NCBI GenBank assembly: GCA_038231275.1
Contig: JBBRLQ010000007.1
Location: 32,001-96,000 of the forward strand
DNA from: Polyangiales bacterium
GTDB taxonomy: Bacteria > Myxococcota_A > Polyangia > Polyangiales > Polyangiaceae
DNA: 64,000 nt
Direction of reading: 5' to 3'
The notes below the pieces were generated by a model. It worked only from the letters and a program-made list of their open reading frames with translations. It searched no databases and had not been told where the DNA came from. Position 1 is the stretch's first letter. Each line of letters begins with the position of its first letter. Positions 1-9,888 of the stretch are shown piece by piece. The position numbers and the translations under genes were made by a program.

Positions 1-2
1 TC

Positions 3-1679
3 TCCTTCTCTCCGACGGCCGACGTCCTCGCCTTCGAGGCCGACAAGGGCGGCGACGAGCTCCCCCACCTGTTTCTCACCAACGCGAAGGGCGACGCGCC
101 GAAAGACGTGGTGGCCGATCTCCCGGCCGGGCGACGCACGCAGTTCGTACAATGGGCCGAGGACGGCAAGACCCTCCTCTTCTTGTCGAGCCAGCGCGAC
201 GAGAAGAGCCTCGATTTGTACGAGCTCGACGTGAAGACCGGGAAGTCGACGCTCCTATGGAAGAGCGAGGGGGCGCTCTCGTTCGCGGGCGCGAGCCATG
301 ACGGACGGCGCTTCCTGGTCGCCGAGACGAAGAGCTCGTCGAACAGCGACCTCTACCTCGTCGAGCGCGCCAAGCCCGCCGAGAAGAAGATCCTGACCGC
401 CCATACCGGCGACGCGCTGTTCGACGGGAATTTTTCGCACGACGGGAAGACGCTCCTCCTCACGAGCGACGAGAAAGGCGAGGCGCGTGCGCTCTACGGC
501 GTCGACCTCGCAAGCCTCAAGAAGAGCCCGCTTCGTGACGGGCCGTGGGACATCGAGTGGGCCACCGACTCGCACTCCGGCAAGTATCGCCTCTCGTCCG
601 CGAACGCCGACGGCGCGCCCGAGCTGGTCGTGGCCGAGATCAAGACCGGCAAGCCGATCGCGCTGCCCGCGGCGCCGAGGGGCCTGGCGTGGGACGCGCT
701 CGACTTCACGCGCTCCGGCCCGTTCGTCCTCGGATTCTCGAAATCGGAGCGCTACCTCGGCGTCGTCGCGCGTGGCGACACCGCGCCGGCCGTGCCTTAC
801 GTGATCGACCTGCAGAAGGGCACCGCCGTCGCCGTGTCGGACACGCTCCCGCCAACCCTGCGCGATCGCGCGATGGTGACCGGGACGTCGGTGAAGATCC
901 CGTCGTTCGACGGCAAGTCGGTGCCCGCGTACCTGTACGCGCCGCCGGGCCCTGGCCCGTTCCCGGCGGTCATCAACGTGCACGGCGGACCGACCGCGCA
1001 GAGCAAGCGCGATTTTTTTACGATGGGCCAGTACCTCGTGAGCAAGGGCTACGTCGTCCTCGTCCCCAACGTGCGCGGCTCCACCGGGTACGGCAAGACG
1101 TGGACGCGCCTCAACAACCACGACATCGGCGGCGGCCCGCTCAAGGACGTCGTCGCGTGCAAGAAATACCTCGTCGCCGCGGCCCACGTCGCCGCCGATC
1201 AGGTCGCCGTCATGGGCGGCAGCTACGGCGGCTACATGGCGCTCGCCGCGGCGACGTTCGCGCCTGACGAGTTCGCCGCGAACGTGGATTTCTTCGGCGT
1301 GAGCGATCTGAAGTCGCTCGTCGAGAGCTTCCCGGCCTATTGGGCGGCGGGCGCGGCCGACATCTACGAAAAATTCGGCGATCCGAAGAACCCCGCCGAC
1401 GCCGCATACCAACACGACCAGTCGCCCATCCACTTCATGTCCCGCGTGACCCACCCGCTCCTCGTCGTGCAAGGAGACAAGGACGCGCGCGTGAAGAAGG
1501 ACCAATCCGATCGCATCGTCCTTGGCCTCCGCGCGCGGAAGATCCCCGTGCCTTACCTCGTGCTCGAGAACGAAGGGCACGGCTTCACGCGGATCGAGAA
1601 CACGCAGAAGGCGTACGCGTTGACCGATCGCTTCCTCGACCACTACCTCCTCGGCGACGACACCGTCGCGGTCGAGTAG
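3..1679 (+). CDS. S9 family (prolyl oligopeptidase-like) peptidase, 5'-truncated by window edge
   Basis: Frame open from base 3; beta-propeller-like N-part, VHGGP, NVRGSTGYG, nucleophile GGSYGG, catalytic D (DARV) and H (EGHG). Confidence 0.93.
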   Translation, partial: SFSPTADVLAFEADKGGDELPHLFLTNAKGDAPKDVVADLPAGRRTQFVQWAEDGKTLLFLSSQRDEKSLDLYELDVKTGKSTLLWKSEGALSFAGASHDGRRFLVAETKSSSNSDLYLVERAKPAEKKILTAHTGDALFDGNFSHDGKTLLLTSDEKGEARALYGVDLASLKKSPLRDGPWDIEWATDSHSGKYRLSSANADGAPELVVAEIKTGKPIALPAAPRGLAWDALDFTRSGPFVLGFSKSERYLGVVARGDTAPAVPYVIDLQKGTAVAVSDTLPPTLRDRAMVTGTSVKIPSFDGKSVPAYLYAPPGPGPFPAVINVHGGPTAQSKRDFFTMGQYLVSKGYVVLVPNVRGSTGYGKTWTRLNNHDIGGGPLKDVVACKKYLVAAAHVAADQVAVMGGSYGGYMALAAATFAPDEFAANVDFFGVSDLKSLVESFPAYWAAGAADIYEKFGDPKNPADAAYQHDQSPIHFMSRVTHPLLVVQGDKDARVKKDQSDRIVLGLRARKIPVPYLVLENEGHGFTRIENTQKAYALTDRFLDHYLLGDDTVAVE

Positions 1680-1733
1680 CGAAGGACTCGCCAGCGCGCC
1701 GGCACCAAGCCCTAGACAATCCACGCGGATGGG

Positions 1734-1761
1734 GTAGATGTTTCGTACGCGAAACATCTAC
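1734..1761 (+). promoter_or_regulatory. Perfect 12-bp inverted repeat, candidate MarR operator overlapping a putative promoter
   Basis: GTAGATGTTTCG-tacg-CGAAACATCTAC just upstream of the MarR gene; TAGACA (1713-1718) 16 nt before TAGATG (1735-1740). Confidence 0.75.
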
Positions 1762-1778
1762 GTGCTCGCGCCAGGAGC

Positions 1779-2273
1779 TTGCCTTTGCCCCCCATCTCGC
1801 CCGACATCAAGCAAGAGGTCGATCAGGTCTTCGAGGCCGTCGTCTACCTCTATACGGAGAGCCGCCGCCTCACGAAGGAGCTCGCGCGCCGGGCGCAGCT
1901 CACCGGCCCGCAGCTCACGGTCGTTAAGATCCTCGAGTCGATCGGCGATCTCTCGCTCTCCGAGCTCTCGGACAAGATCCGCGCGCAGAACAGCACGGTC
2001 ACCGGCATCATCGACCGCATGGAGCGCGAGGGGCTCGTCCAGCGCGTGCGCTCGACCGAAGACCGCCGCGTGGTCCACATCAGCCTCACCGACAAGGGCG
2101 CCAAGCTCGCGCGCGAGATCCCGATCGAGCCGATGGAGATCTTCCGGAGCGCGATCGAGAGCCTCTCGGCGCAGGAGATGCGGGATCTCATGAAGATCCT
2201 GATGAAGGTCGCCAAGCGCGTGAAGCAGATCGTCCGCCGCGATGTCGGCGAAGACGCCGTGGTCGCCAAGTAA
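1779..2273 (+). CDS. MarR family transcriptional regulator
   Basis: LTGPQLTVV...STVTGIIDRMEREGLVQR...EDRRVVHISLTDKG winged helix; AGGAG before TTG start. Confidence 0.93.
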   Translation: MPLPPISPDIKQEVDQVFEAVVYLYTESRRLTKELARRAQLTGPQLTVVKILESIGDLSLSELSDKIRAQNSTVTGIIDRMEREGLVQRVRSTEDRRVVHISLTDKGAKLAREIPIEPMEIFRSAIESLSAQEMRDLMKILMKVAKRVKQIVRRDVGEDAVVAK

Positions 2274-2313
2274 GCGCGAACGAGCACGAGAGAGACGAAA
2301 GAGGAGAACAGCG

Positions 2314-3228
2314 ATGAGCGAAACGACCCCCGCCACGAAGCGCGATCCCGACGTCTGCGTCATCACGTGCGCCCTCACCGGCGTCCTCGCCAACCGCAAG
2401 CAGTGCGCGGCGATTCCCTACACTCCCGCCGAAATCGCCGACGAGGCCAAGCGCGCCTACGACGCCGGCGCCAGCGTCGTCCACATCCACGCCCGCAACG
2501 ACGACGGCAGCCCCACCTTCAGCCCCGCCACGTTCGCGAAGATCAAAGAGGAGATCCAGAAGAGGTGCCCCATCCTCCTCAACTTCTCGACGGGAACCAT
2601 CCTCGAGGACGTGACCGATCAGTGCACGTACCTCCGCGAGAGCCGCCCCCACATCGGCGCGCTCAACATGGGGACGATGAACTATTCGAAGTACTCCGAG
2701 AAGCGGAAGGACTTCGTCTTCGACATGGTCTTTCCGAACACGTACGGAAAAATCATCAAGATGCTCTCGGCGATGAACGAGAGCGGCGTCAAGCCCGAGC
2801 TCGAGTGCTTCGACAGCGGCCACACCCACGGCATCTGGCCGCTGCTCGACATGGGCATCCTGCGTCCGCCGCTCCAGTTCTCGTTCATCGTGAACGTGCT
2901 CGGAGGCATCCCGCCGACCGTCGAGAGCCTCCAGCTGCAAAAGCAGATCGCGCTGTCGCTCGCGCCCGACAGCGAGTGGGAGGTCATCGGCATCAGCAAA
3001 TGCGGCTGGCGCATGATCGCGACCGCGCTCGTCCTCGGCGGCAACATCCGCGCGGGGCTCGAGGACAACCTCTACTTGCCGGGCGGCGAGATGGCGAAGT
3101 CGAACGGCGACCTCATCGAGGTGGCGGCGCGCATGGTGAGGGACGTCGGTCGTCGCCCCGCGACGGTAGAGGAGGCGAAGAAGATCCTGAGCCTCGACGC
3201 GTTCCAGGCCCAGAAGGCGGCGGAGTGA
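2314..3228 (+). CDS. Beta-keto acid cleavage enzyme (BKACE/DUF849, Kce family)
   Basis: ITCALTG, IPYTPAEIA, VHIHAR (Zn HxH), KPELECFD, IRAGLEDN; AGGAG RBS before ATG 2314. Confidence 0.92.
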   Translation: MSETTPATKRDPDVCVITCALTGVLANRKQCAAIPYTPAEIADEAKRAYDAGASVVHIHARNDDGSPTFSPATFAKIKEEIQKRCPILLNFSTGTILEDVTDQCTYLRESRPHIGALNMGTMNYSKYSEKRKDFVFDMVFPNTYGKIIKMLSAMNESGVKPELECFDSGHTHGIWPLLDMGILRPPLQFSFIVNVLGGIPPTVESLQLQKQIALSLAPDSEWEVIGISKCGWRMIATALVLGGNIRAGLEDNLYLPGGEMAKSNGDLIEVAARMVRDVGRRPATVEEAKKILSLDAFQAQKAAE

Positions 3229-4010
3229 GCGAACGCGCCTACCAGAGGATCCGCGTCGCGCGCGGGGGAGGCGTGGAGACGATCACGCTCCACTACCCGG
3301 AGCGCCGCAACGCGATCGGCCCGGTCATGGTGAACGAGCTGCTCTATGCGCTCGACGACGCGCGCGCGGCCGAGGGCGTGTCCGCGATCGTGCTCACCGG
3401 AGAAGGCAAAGCGTTTTGCGCGGGCGGCGACTTCGCGCAGATGACCGGCGGTGCCGACGGTCCGGTCCTCCCTCCGAAGGGGGACTACGCGGATCTGCTC
3501 CTCACGATGGTGAACCACGACAAGCCGATCGTCGCGAAGGTGAACGGCGCGGCGATGGGCGGCGGCCTCGGCCTCGTCGCGGCGAGCACGTTCGCGATCG
3601 CGTCCACCGAGGCAACGCTCGGCACGCCGGAGATCAACGTCGGGCTCTTCCCGATGATGATCATGGCGGTCCTCCAGCGCTTGGTGCCGCGTCGCCGCCT
3701 CGTCGAGATGATGCTCTTCGGCGAGAAGCTCACCGCGGAAGACGCGCATAGGGCGGGGATCGTGAACCGCGTCGTGGCGCCGGGCGAGCTCGACGGCGCG
3801 GTCGCCCTGGTCGTGAACAAGCTCGCGCAGAAGAGCCCACTCACCGTCGCGCTCGGCCTCCGCGCGTTCGCGGCGCAAGACGATCTCGAGCTCGAGGCCG
3901 CGCTCCCGCTCCTCCGTGAGCGTCTCGCGCAGATCCTCGCGACCGACGACGCGCGCGAGGGCCTCATGGCCTTCCTCGAGAAGCGCAGCCCGAAGTGGAC
4001 AGGAAAGTGA
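3225..4010 (+). CDS. Enoyl-CoA hydratase/isomerase family protein
   Basis: PERRNAI, AFCAGGD, AMGGGLGL, GTPEINVGLFP, AFLEKRSPKW; GTGA overlap with BKACE stop. Confidence 0.92.
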   Translation: MSERAYQRIRVARGGGVETITLHYPERRNAIGPVMVNELLYALDDARAAEGVSAIVLTGEGKAFCAGGDFAQMTGGADGPVLPPKGDYADLLLTMVNHDKPIVAKVNGAAMGGGLGLVAASTFAIASTEATLGTPEINVGLFPMMIMAVLQRLVPRRRLVEMMLFGEKLTAEDAHRAGIVNRVVAPGELDGAVALVVNKLAQKSPLTVALGLRAFAAQDDLELEAALPLLRERLAQILATDDAREGLMAFLEKRSPKWTGK

Positions 4011-4029
4011 CAGGGGCCAGGAGCGAACG

Positions 4030-5601
4030 ATGCCGAACATGCGTGAGTTGGTGGCGGATCTCGAGGCGCGTCGCGCAAAGATTCGCGAGTTGGGCGGAGC
4101 GGACAAGGTCAAGAAGCAGCACGACCGCGGGAAGATGACCGCGCGCGAGCGCATGAGCGCGTTCTTCGACGACGGCGTCTTCTTCGAGATCGGCGCGCAC
4201 GGCACGCAGATGGGCATGGCCGCTGGACCCGACGGCACCGACAAGCCCCCGGCCGACGGCGTCGTCACCGCGTTCGGCAAGGTCGACGGACGCATGGTCT
4301 GCTGCGCCGCGTACGACTTCACCGTGAAGGGCGGATCGATCGGCTACACCGGCGAAGAGAAGGTCACGCGTCTCCGCCAGATGAGCCTGCGCGGCCGTTG
4401 GCCCATCGTATGGTTCGTCGACTCCGGCGGCGCGCGCATCGATCCGGGCGCGAGCCACCCCGACATGATCTCGCTCTTCGCCGGCTCCGGGCACTTGTTC
4501 CGCGAGCAGGTCGTGATGAGCGGCGTCGTCCCGCAGGTCGCCGCGATGGTCGGCCCCGGCGCGGCCGGCACCGCGTACATCCCGGGCCTCGCCGACTACG
4601 TGCCGATGGTCAAGAACGTCGGCTCGCTCGCGCTCGGCGGCCCTGCGCTCGTCAAAGCAGTCACTGGGCAAGAGATCGGGGAGCAAGAGCTCGGGGGCTC
4701 GAAGGTCCACTCCGAGGTGAGCGGCGTCGGCGACGGTGAGTTCGACGGCGACGCCGCGTGCATCGACGCGACGAAGAAGTACCTCTCGTACTTCCCGTCG
4801 AGCTGCGACGAGCTTCCGCCCGATCTCCCGGTGACCGACCCCATCGAGCGCCGCGACGAGTCGCTCCTCGATCTCCTCCCCGAAACGAATCGCAAGCCGT
4901 ACGACATGTACAAGCTGATTCGCACGCTCGTCGATCACGGTGACATCCTGGACATCAAGCCCCGCTGGGCGCGCAGCATCATCACGTGCTTCGCGCGGAT
5001 CGGCGGAAAATCCGTGGGGATCGTCGCCAACCAGCCAAACTGGCTCGGCGGCATCCTCGACGTCGACAGCGCCGACAAGGCCGCGCGCTTCATCCAGATC
5101 TGCGACGCGTTCAACATGCCGCTCGTCTTCCTCCAAGACGTGCCCGGCTTCATGGTCGGCAGCAAGGTCGAGCACGCCGGCATCATTCGCCACGGCGCGA
5201 AGATGCTCCACGTGATGAGCGCCGCGACCGTGCCCAAGCTCACCGTCGTCGTGCGAAAGGCGTACGGCGCCGGTTACTACGTCATGTGCGGCCGCGCCTA
5301 CGAGCCGGATCTCATCGTCTCGTGGCCAACCGCCGAGATCAGCGTCATGGGCGCGGAGGGGATGGTCGGCATCGCCGCACGCAAGCTCTTCGGCGGCCAG
5401 GATCCGCCGCCCGAGGCGAAGAAGGCCATCGTCGAAATGATCCAGAAGAACATCGACATCTACAAAGTGGCCGGCTGGGGCCTCGTCGACGAAGTGATCG
5501 ATCCGCGCGACACGCGGCGCGTGCTGGCGTGGGGCCTCGAGCTCGCGCGCCACAAGAAGATCGAGCGCCCGGCCCGCAAGCGCGGCGTCATCCCGGTCTA
5601 G
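4030..5601 (+). CDS. Acyl-CoA carboxylase carboxyltransferase (beta) subunit
   Basis: RGKMTARER, DFTVKGGS, DSGGAR, DVPGFMVG, KAYGAGYYVMCGRAYEP. Confidence 0.93.
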   Translation: MPNMRELVADLEARRAKIRELGGADKVKKQHDRGKMTARERMSAFFDDGVFFEIGAHGTQMGMAAGPDGTDKPPADGVVTAFGKVDGRMVCCAAYDFTVKGGSIGYTGEEKVTRLRQMSLRGRWPIVWFVDSGGARIDPGASHPDMISLFAGSGHLFREQVVMSGVVPQVAAMVGPGAAGTAYIPGLADYVPMVKNVGSLALGGPALVKAVTGQEIGEQELGGSKVHSEVSGVGDGEFDGDAACIDATKKYLSYFPSSCDELPPDLPVTDPIERRDESLLDLLPETNRKPYDMYKLIRTLVDHGDILDIKPRWARSIITCFARIGGKSVGIVANQPNWLGGILDVDSADKAARFIQICDAFNMPLVFLQDVPGFMVGSKVEHAGIIRHGAKMLHVMSAATVPKLTVVVRKAYGAGYYVMCGRAYEPDLIVSWPTAEISVMGAEGMVGIAARKLFGGQDPPPEAKKAIVEMIQKNIDIYKVAGWGLVDEVIDPRDTRRVLAWGLELARHKKIERPARKRGVIPV

Positions 5602-5628
5602 CGTCTGTCTCGACGAGCGACCTAGCGA

Positions 5629-6585
5629 TCACTCCGCCGCCGTCGGGGCCGCTTCGCAGACGCGGTTGCGGCCGCCTTGCTTGGCCGCGTAGAGGGCGGC
5701 GTCGGCGGCGTCGAGGAGCGTTTGCACGGTCAGCTGTTCTTTGGGGATCGCGCCGGTCGTGGCGAAGCCGACGCTCGTGGTTACGGGCACCGGCTTGCCC
5801 CTCGACAGGAGGTTCAGCGCCTCGATCTGCTCGCGGATCCGCTCGCAGCACGTGCGCGCGCCGGAGCCGGGCGTCTCCGTCAGGATGAGCCCGAACTCCT
5901 CGCCGCCGTAGCGGCACGCCGCGTCGGTCGCGCGTACGCTCGACGCGAGCACCTCGCCAGTCGCCATGAGCACGCGATCGCCGAACGGATGGCCGTGGCC
6001 GTCGTTCAGCTTCTTGAAGTGATCGAGATCGACGAGCACCAGCGTGACCTCGCGCCCGTAGCGGCGCGCGGCGGCGACCTCGTCCTGGAGGCGCTGGTTG
6101 AAGTACCCGCGGTTCCAGAGCCCGGTGAGGCCGTCGATCTGCGCGCGCTGAGCGAGGAGATCCTGGTAGCGCTTGGTTCGCAGCGCGGCCCGGACGCGCG
6201 CGCGGAGCTCGGCGGTGTTGAACGGCTTGGTCACGAAGTCGACGGCGCCGAGATCGAACCCCGCCACCTTGTCGTCGACGTCGGATGCGGCGGACAAAAA
6301 GATGACGGGGATCGCCGAGGTCACCGGATCGGCCTTGAGCGCACGACACACGTCGAAGCCGTTCATCTTGGGCATGTCGATGTCGAGGAGCACGAGATCC
6401 GGCACGAGCGCCTTCGCGTGCGCGATGCCCTCGGCGGCGGAGTGCGCGTGGTGCAGCTCGATGCCCTCGGCGCGCAGGCGCAGCCGGAGCAGATCGTGGA
6501 TGTCCTGCGTGTCGTCGATCGCGAGGACCGACTGCGCCTTATGTGCCGGCGCGCCGGACTTGTCGTTCGCGTCCTCTTGGCTCAA
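5629..6585 (-). CDS. Response-regulator diguanylate cyclase (REC-GGDEF)
   Basis: REC with LLDIDMP and FVTKPF; DGLTGLWNR, DLDHFK, RATD I-site, RYGGEEF; start (TTG 6585) uncertain. Confidence 0.92.
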   Translation of the reverse strand: MSQEDANDKSGAPAHKAQSVLAIDDTQDIHDLLRLRLRAEGIELHHAHSAAEGIAHAKALVPDLVLLDIDMPKMNGFDVCRALKADPVTSAIPVIFLSAASDVDDKVAGFDLGAVDFVTKPFNTAELRARVRAALRTKRYQDLLAQRAQIDGLTGLWNRGYFNQRLQDEVAAARRYGREVTLVLVDLDHFKKLNDGHGHPFGDRVLMATGEVLASSVRATDAACRYGGEEFGLILTETPGSGARTCCERIREQIEALNLLSRGKPVPVTTSVGFATTGAIPKEQLTVQTLLDAADAALYAAKQGGRNRVCEAAPTAAE

Positions 6586-7303
6586 CCGCGCTCTCGCTCC
6601 GTGTGCTGGGCAGCGGCACACTCGCGCGCGCGATGGAAACGAGGCGGCAGAGCTCCTCGACGCGCCCCCTCAATTTATCAGGGTTGTCGCCCGATAGGAC
6701 AGCTCTGTCGGCGGCCGCAGCGGCCTCGGTTATCGAAGGGAATCCGTAACTCTCGCCGGAGCCTTTGAGCTGCAAGACGAGGTGCCGGAGCGTTCCGGTG
6801 TCCCCGGCGGCGAGCGCGCTCCGGATCGCGGTGGCGCGGGCGGGCAGTCCCTCGACGTAAGGGCGAACGATCTCCATCATCTCCTCGTCGTTCGCGTGCT
6901 CGCTCACGAGGACGCAGGGGATCACCCCGCTCCGTCGCGGCGCCGGACGAACGTGCCGTTTCAGCAAGCGGTCCGTCGCATCGGTCGTCAGCGGGAGCGA
7001 CATGTAGTCATCGAACCCCGCAAGGAGGCACTCCTCCTCCTGGGGCTCCGACGAGCACGAGGTCAGCGCGACGATCGGGCCGGTGAACCCGCGCTTTCGC
7101 AGCGCGCGCGCCACGGCGAGGCCGCCCGAGCCAGGCAGATCGAGCGCGAGGAGCACGAGGGCGAAGGGGACGTCGCTCTCGTCGGCCTCGAGCGCGCGCG
7201 CGATCGCGGTCGCGCCGTCGTGCACGCCGATCACCTGCGCGCGAGGCGTCTCGAGGGTGGCGTCGGGGTCGCGGTCGGCGAGCAGGATCGTGGGCTTGGC
7301 CAT
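6539..7303 (-). CDS. Degenerate REC + Hpt domain protein
   Basis: REC-like ILLAD...LVLLALDLPGSGG...PIVALTS...AGFDDYMSLP; Hpt-like LVLQLKGSGESYGFPSI. Confidence 0.75.
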   Translation of the reverse strand: MAKPTILLADRDPDATLETPRAQVIGVHDGATAIARALEADESDVPFALVLLALDLPGSGGLAVARALRKRGFTGPIVALTSCSSEPQEEECLLAGFDDYMSLPLTTDATDRLLKRHVRPAPRRSGVIPCVLVSEHANDEEMMEIVRPYVEGLPARATAIRSALAAGDTGTLRHLVLQLKGSGESYGFPSITEAAAAADRAVLSGDNPDKLRGRVEELCRLVSIARASVPLPSTRSESAVEPRGRERQVRRAGT

Positions 7304-7375
7304 TGGAGCGGTTCTGGTCCTCGAGGCCGGAACGGCACCTGCGCGCGATGCTTGAGCCTTAATCGCTCGCGCGTT

Positions 7376-8785
7376 TCAGCCGCTGACGGGCGCCGGCGCG
7401 TCGGTCACGCGGGCAAGGAGAGGTCGCACCGCGCCGTACAGGTTGGGGTACGGCCTGAGCGCGAGGACGCACGCGCTCAAACGCGCCGCGCTCGACGTCT
7501 CCGGATCCTCGCCGGGAGGCGCGAGCGCGCCGTCGGTCGGCAGCATCGACATGAGCCACGCGTGGAGCATCCCCGGCAGCTCGGGGGCGTCGCACTGGCC
7601 GAGCGCAGCGGCGGCGTCCGCCGGATTGGGCGCGACCGCGAAGTACGTGACCAAGCGCATCACGTCGCGCGGGCGACCCGTGCGCGCGAGCACCTCGGCG
7701 AAGGCGGCGCTCGCGAACGGGTGGTCGGTGACGCGCAGCATCTCGGCGCCGATCGCGTCGAGCGCCGGATCTCCGCCGCGCGAAATGACACCACGCACGC
7801 GCGGCAGCGTCGTCGACCCGCTCTCTAGCGCACGCGCGAGCACGCCCGCGGCGTCGGGCGTCGCCCAGCTCGTGGGCATCCACGACACCGGCCGCACGCT
7901 GGGGATCCGCGCCGGCGCGAGATCCTCGACCGGAAGGTGCGGATGCACGGTGGCGAAGATGAGCGCGCCGCGCTGGGCGAGGAGCCGCGCGAGATCGGCG
8001 ACCATGCGATCGAGGTGGATCCGCGTACCGTCGCCCGCGTCGCGCTCCACGCGCGCGATCGCCTGCGCCAACTCGCGCGGGTCGCGCGTGACGAACGCGT
8101 CCAGCTCCGCGCGCTCGAGGAGCGCCATGCGGCGGGAAGAGCGAGCCACCTCGGGCTCGAGGTCGAGGGGCAGGAGCGCGACGCTCGACTTCCGTAGGAT
8201 GTCGATGCCCACGTCCGCGGAGCGCAGGCGGAGCGCCGCCTCTCGGACGCGCGCCTCCGGCCACGGCCCTACCGACGTCAGCGCGGCCAGCCGGATGCAC
8301 GCCTCGAACAGCGGTCCGCGACGGTCGGGCACGAGGAGGCGTGGATCGTACGCCGCGCAAGCACGCACGAGCTCGCGCGCGACCTCCGCGCCGGCGAACG
8401 CCTCGGCCAGCGACGTGTCGGGATCGGTGCTGGCCGCGACCGCGAGCACCAACGCAGCGACGGTCGGCTCGCCGGCGTACAGCGGCCCCTCGTCGCTCGC
8501 GGCCCGCGCGTGGCGTGCGATCGCGCGCCTCAGTCGATCCATCATCGGATCGCCGGCGCCGGCGACCAGCTTGGCGATCAGGCGATCCCAGCTGGACGAC
8601 GTGGGACGGCTGGGCGGCGGAGCGTCCAGATCCGCCTCGTCGCTCGCGAGCCGCAGCCGCGCGAGGAGGCGCGCGGTCGGGATGCCGGCATAGAACGCGC
8701 GCGCGAGCGAGGCGTCGGCGACGAGCAGCTCGACGAGATCGTCGGGCTGGACGTCGATGCCGACCTCGATCGCCTGCGTCCCCAT
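7376..8785 (-). CDS. Hypothetical protein
   Basis: 469-aa ORF with GC3-rich codon usage, 7 nt downstream of a same-strand gene. Confidence 0.7.
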   Translation of the reverse strand: MGTQAIEVGIDVQPDDLVELLVADASLARAFYAGIPTARLLARLRLASDEADLDAPPPSRPTSSSWDRLIAKLVAGAGDPMMDRLRRAIARHARAASDEGPLYAGEPTVAALVLAVAASTDPDTSLAEAFAGAEVARELVRACAAYDPRLLVPDRRGPLFEACIRLAALTSVGPWPEARVREAALRLRSADVGIDILRKSSVALLPLDLEPEVARSSRRMALLERAELDAFVTRDPRELAQAIARVERDAGDGTRIHLDRMVADLARLLAQRGALIFATVHPHLPVEDLAPARIPSVRPVSWMPTSWATPDAAGVLARALESGSTTLPRVRGVISRGGDPALDAIGAEMLRVTDHPFASAAFAEVLARTGRPRDVMRLVTYFAVAPNPADAAAALGQCDAPELPGMLHAWLMSMLPTDGALAPPGEDPETSSAARLSACVLALRPYPNLYGAVRPLLARVTDAPAPVSG

Positions 8786-8792
8786 CCTGCCT

Positions 8793-9836
8793 TCAGTCTA
8801 GCGCGGGACGGGAAGACTGCGACGACCATCGCGTGCGGCGCAGGCGCAGGCGGGTCGCTTTGGTCGCCGTCGCCACGCCGTCGAAGGTGACCAGGCCCAC
8901 CGAGCGCCCCGACGCCCGGCGAGTGTCCAGGATCGACGTCACTTCGTACACACCGGCGAGGTCGAGCGTGTGGCGCGGACAGAGCTGGGAGAGCAGCACG
9001 GAGATGGCGCGATGGCCCTTCGGCGCGATCGTGTCGTACAGCTCGCGGATCGGCGAATCGACCGCGCGCGTGCCGCCGCACCGCGAGAGCGTGCCATCCG
9101 GGCCGATGACATCGAACGCGAGCGTCTCGGTGCGAAAGAGGAACGTCGTGGGTTTGGTGCCGTGGTTCGCGACGGTCACCGCGACGGCGACCTCGTTAGC
9201 GTGCGTTGCGTCCGCATGCTCCTGGGACGAGACGACGAGCGAGGCCGCCCCGTCGTCCGTCGACGCCGCAAGGGAAGGGGGCTCGGCCGAGACGCCGGCG
9301 ACGGCCGCGACGGTCCACGGCGCCGAGACGATCTCCTTGGCCGGTGCCACCGCCGGCGTCACGCCTTCGAGCGGCTCCACCTCGAACGGCCCCGCCGCCT
9401 TTCGACCCTTCGGCGGGCTCGCCCAGCCCAGGTGCGCCACGACGGCGGCGCCGGGCGCGAGCGCCGCGGCCTCGGCCGCGCCGAAGCAGTAGACGCGCGG
9501 ATCGAACGACTCGACGTAGGCGCGCTGAGGCGGGACGACGAGGGCGCGCTCGTCGGCGACCTCGGGTCGCATGTCGCCCGGGAGCACGCAGCGCAGCGCC
9601 TTCTTCGCCCCTGCCGGCGTCACCTCGAACGACAAGAGGCGCGCGTCGGCCATCACCCGCACGGGCACCGCGCCCGCGTTCTCCACGCGCATCCGCCACC
9701 GCGACGGCGACTCCTCCGCCACCGTGAGGCGCACGTCGGGAGGAGGGGCGGGGGGCGCAGGCGGCGTGGCGGCGGGCTTCACGAGCGCCGCGGCGAGCGC
9801 GGCGGCGGCGAGGGCGAGCGGCGGGTGCACCATCAC
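8793..9836 (-). CDS. Hypothetical exported protein
   Basis: Hydrophobic N-terminus, Pro-rich linker, two similar beta-rich halves each with a Cys pair. Confidence 0.7.
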   Translation of the reverse strand: MMVHPPLALAAAALAAALVKPAATPPAPPAPPPDVRLTVAEESPSRWRMRVENAGAVPVRVMADARLLSFEVTPAGAKKALRCVLPGDMRPEVADERALVVPPQRAYVESFDPRVYCFGAAEAAALAPGAAVVAHLGWASPPKGRKAAGPFEVEPLEGVTPAVAPAKEIVSAPWTVAAVAGVSAEPPSLAASTDDGAASLVVSSQEHADATHANEVAVAVTVANHGTKPTTFLFRTETLAFDVIGPDGTLSRCGGTRAVDSPIRELYDTIAPKGHRAISVLLSQLCPRHTLDLAGVYEVTSILDTRRASGRSVGLVTFDGVATATKATRLRLRRTRWSSQSSRPALD

Positions 9837-9888
9837 CCCCTAGGATACCTGTGAACGTGGCAGGATACGGTCCAGGAAATCATCCCCC

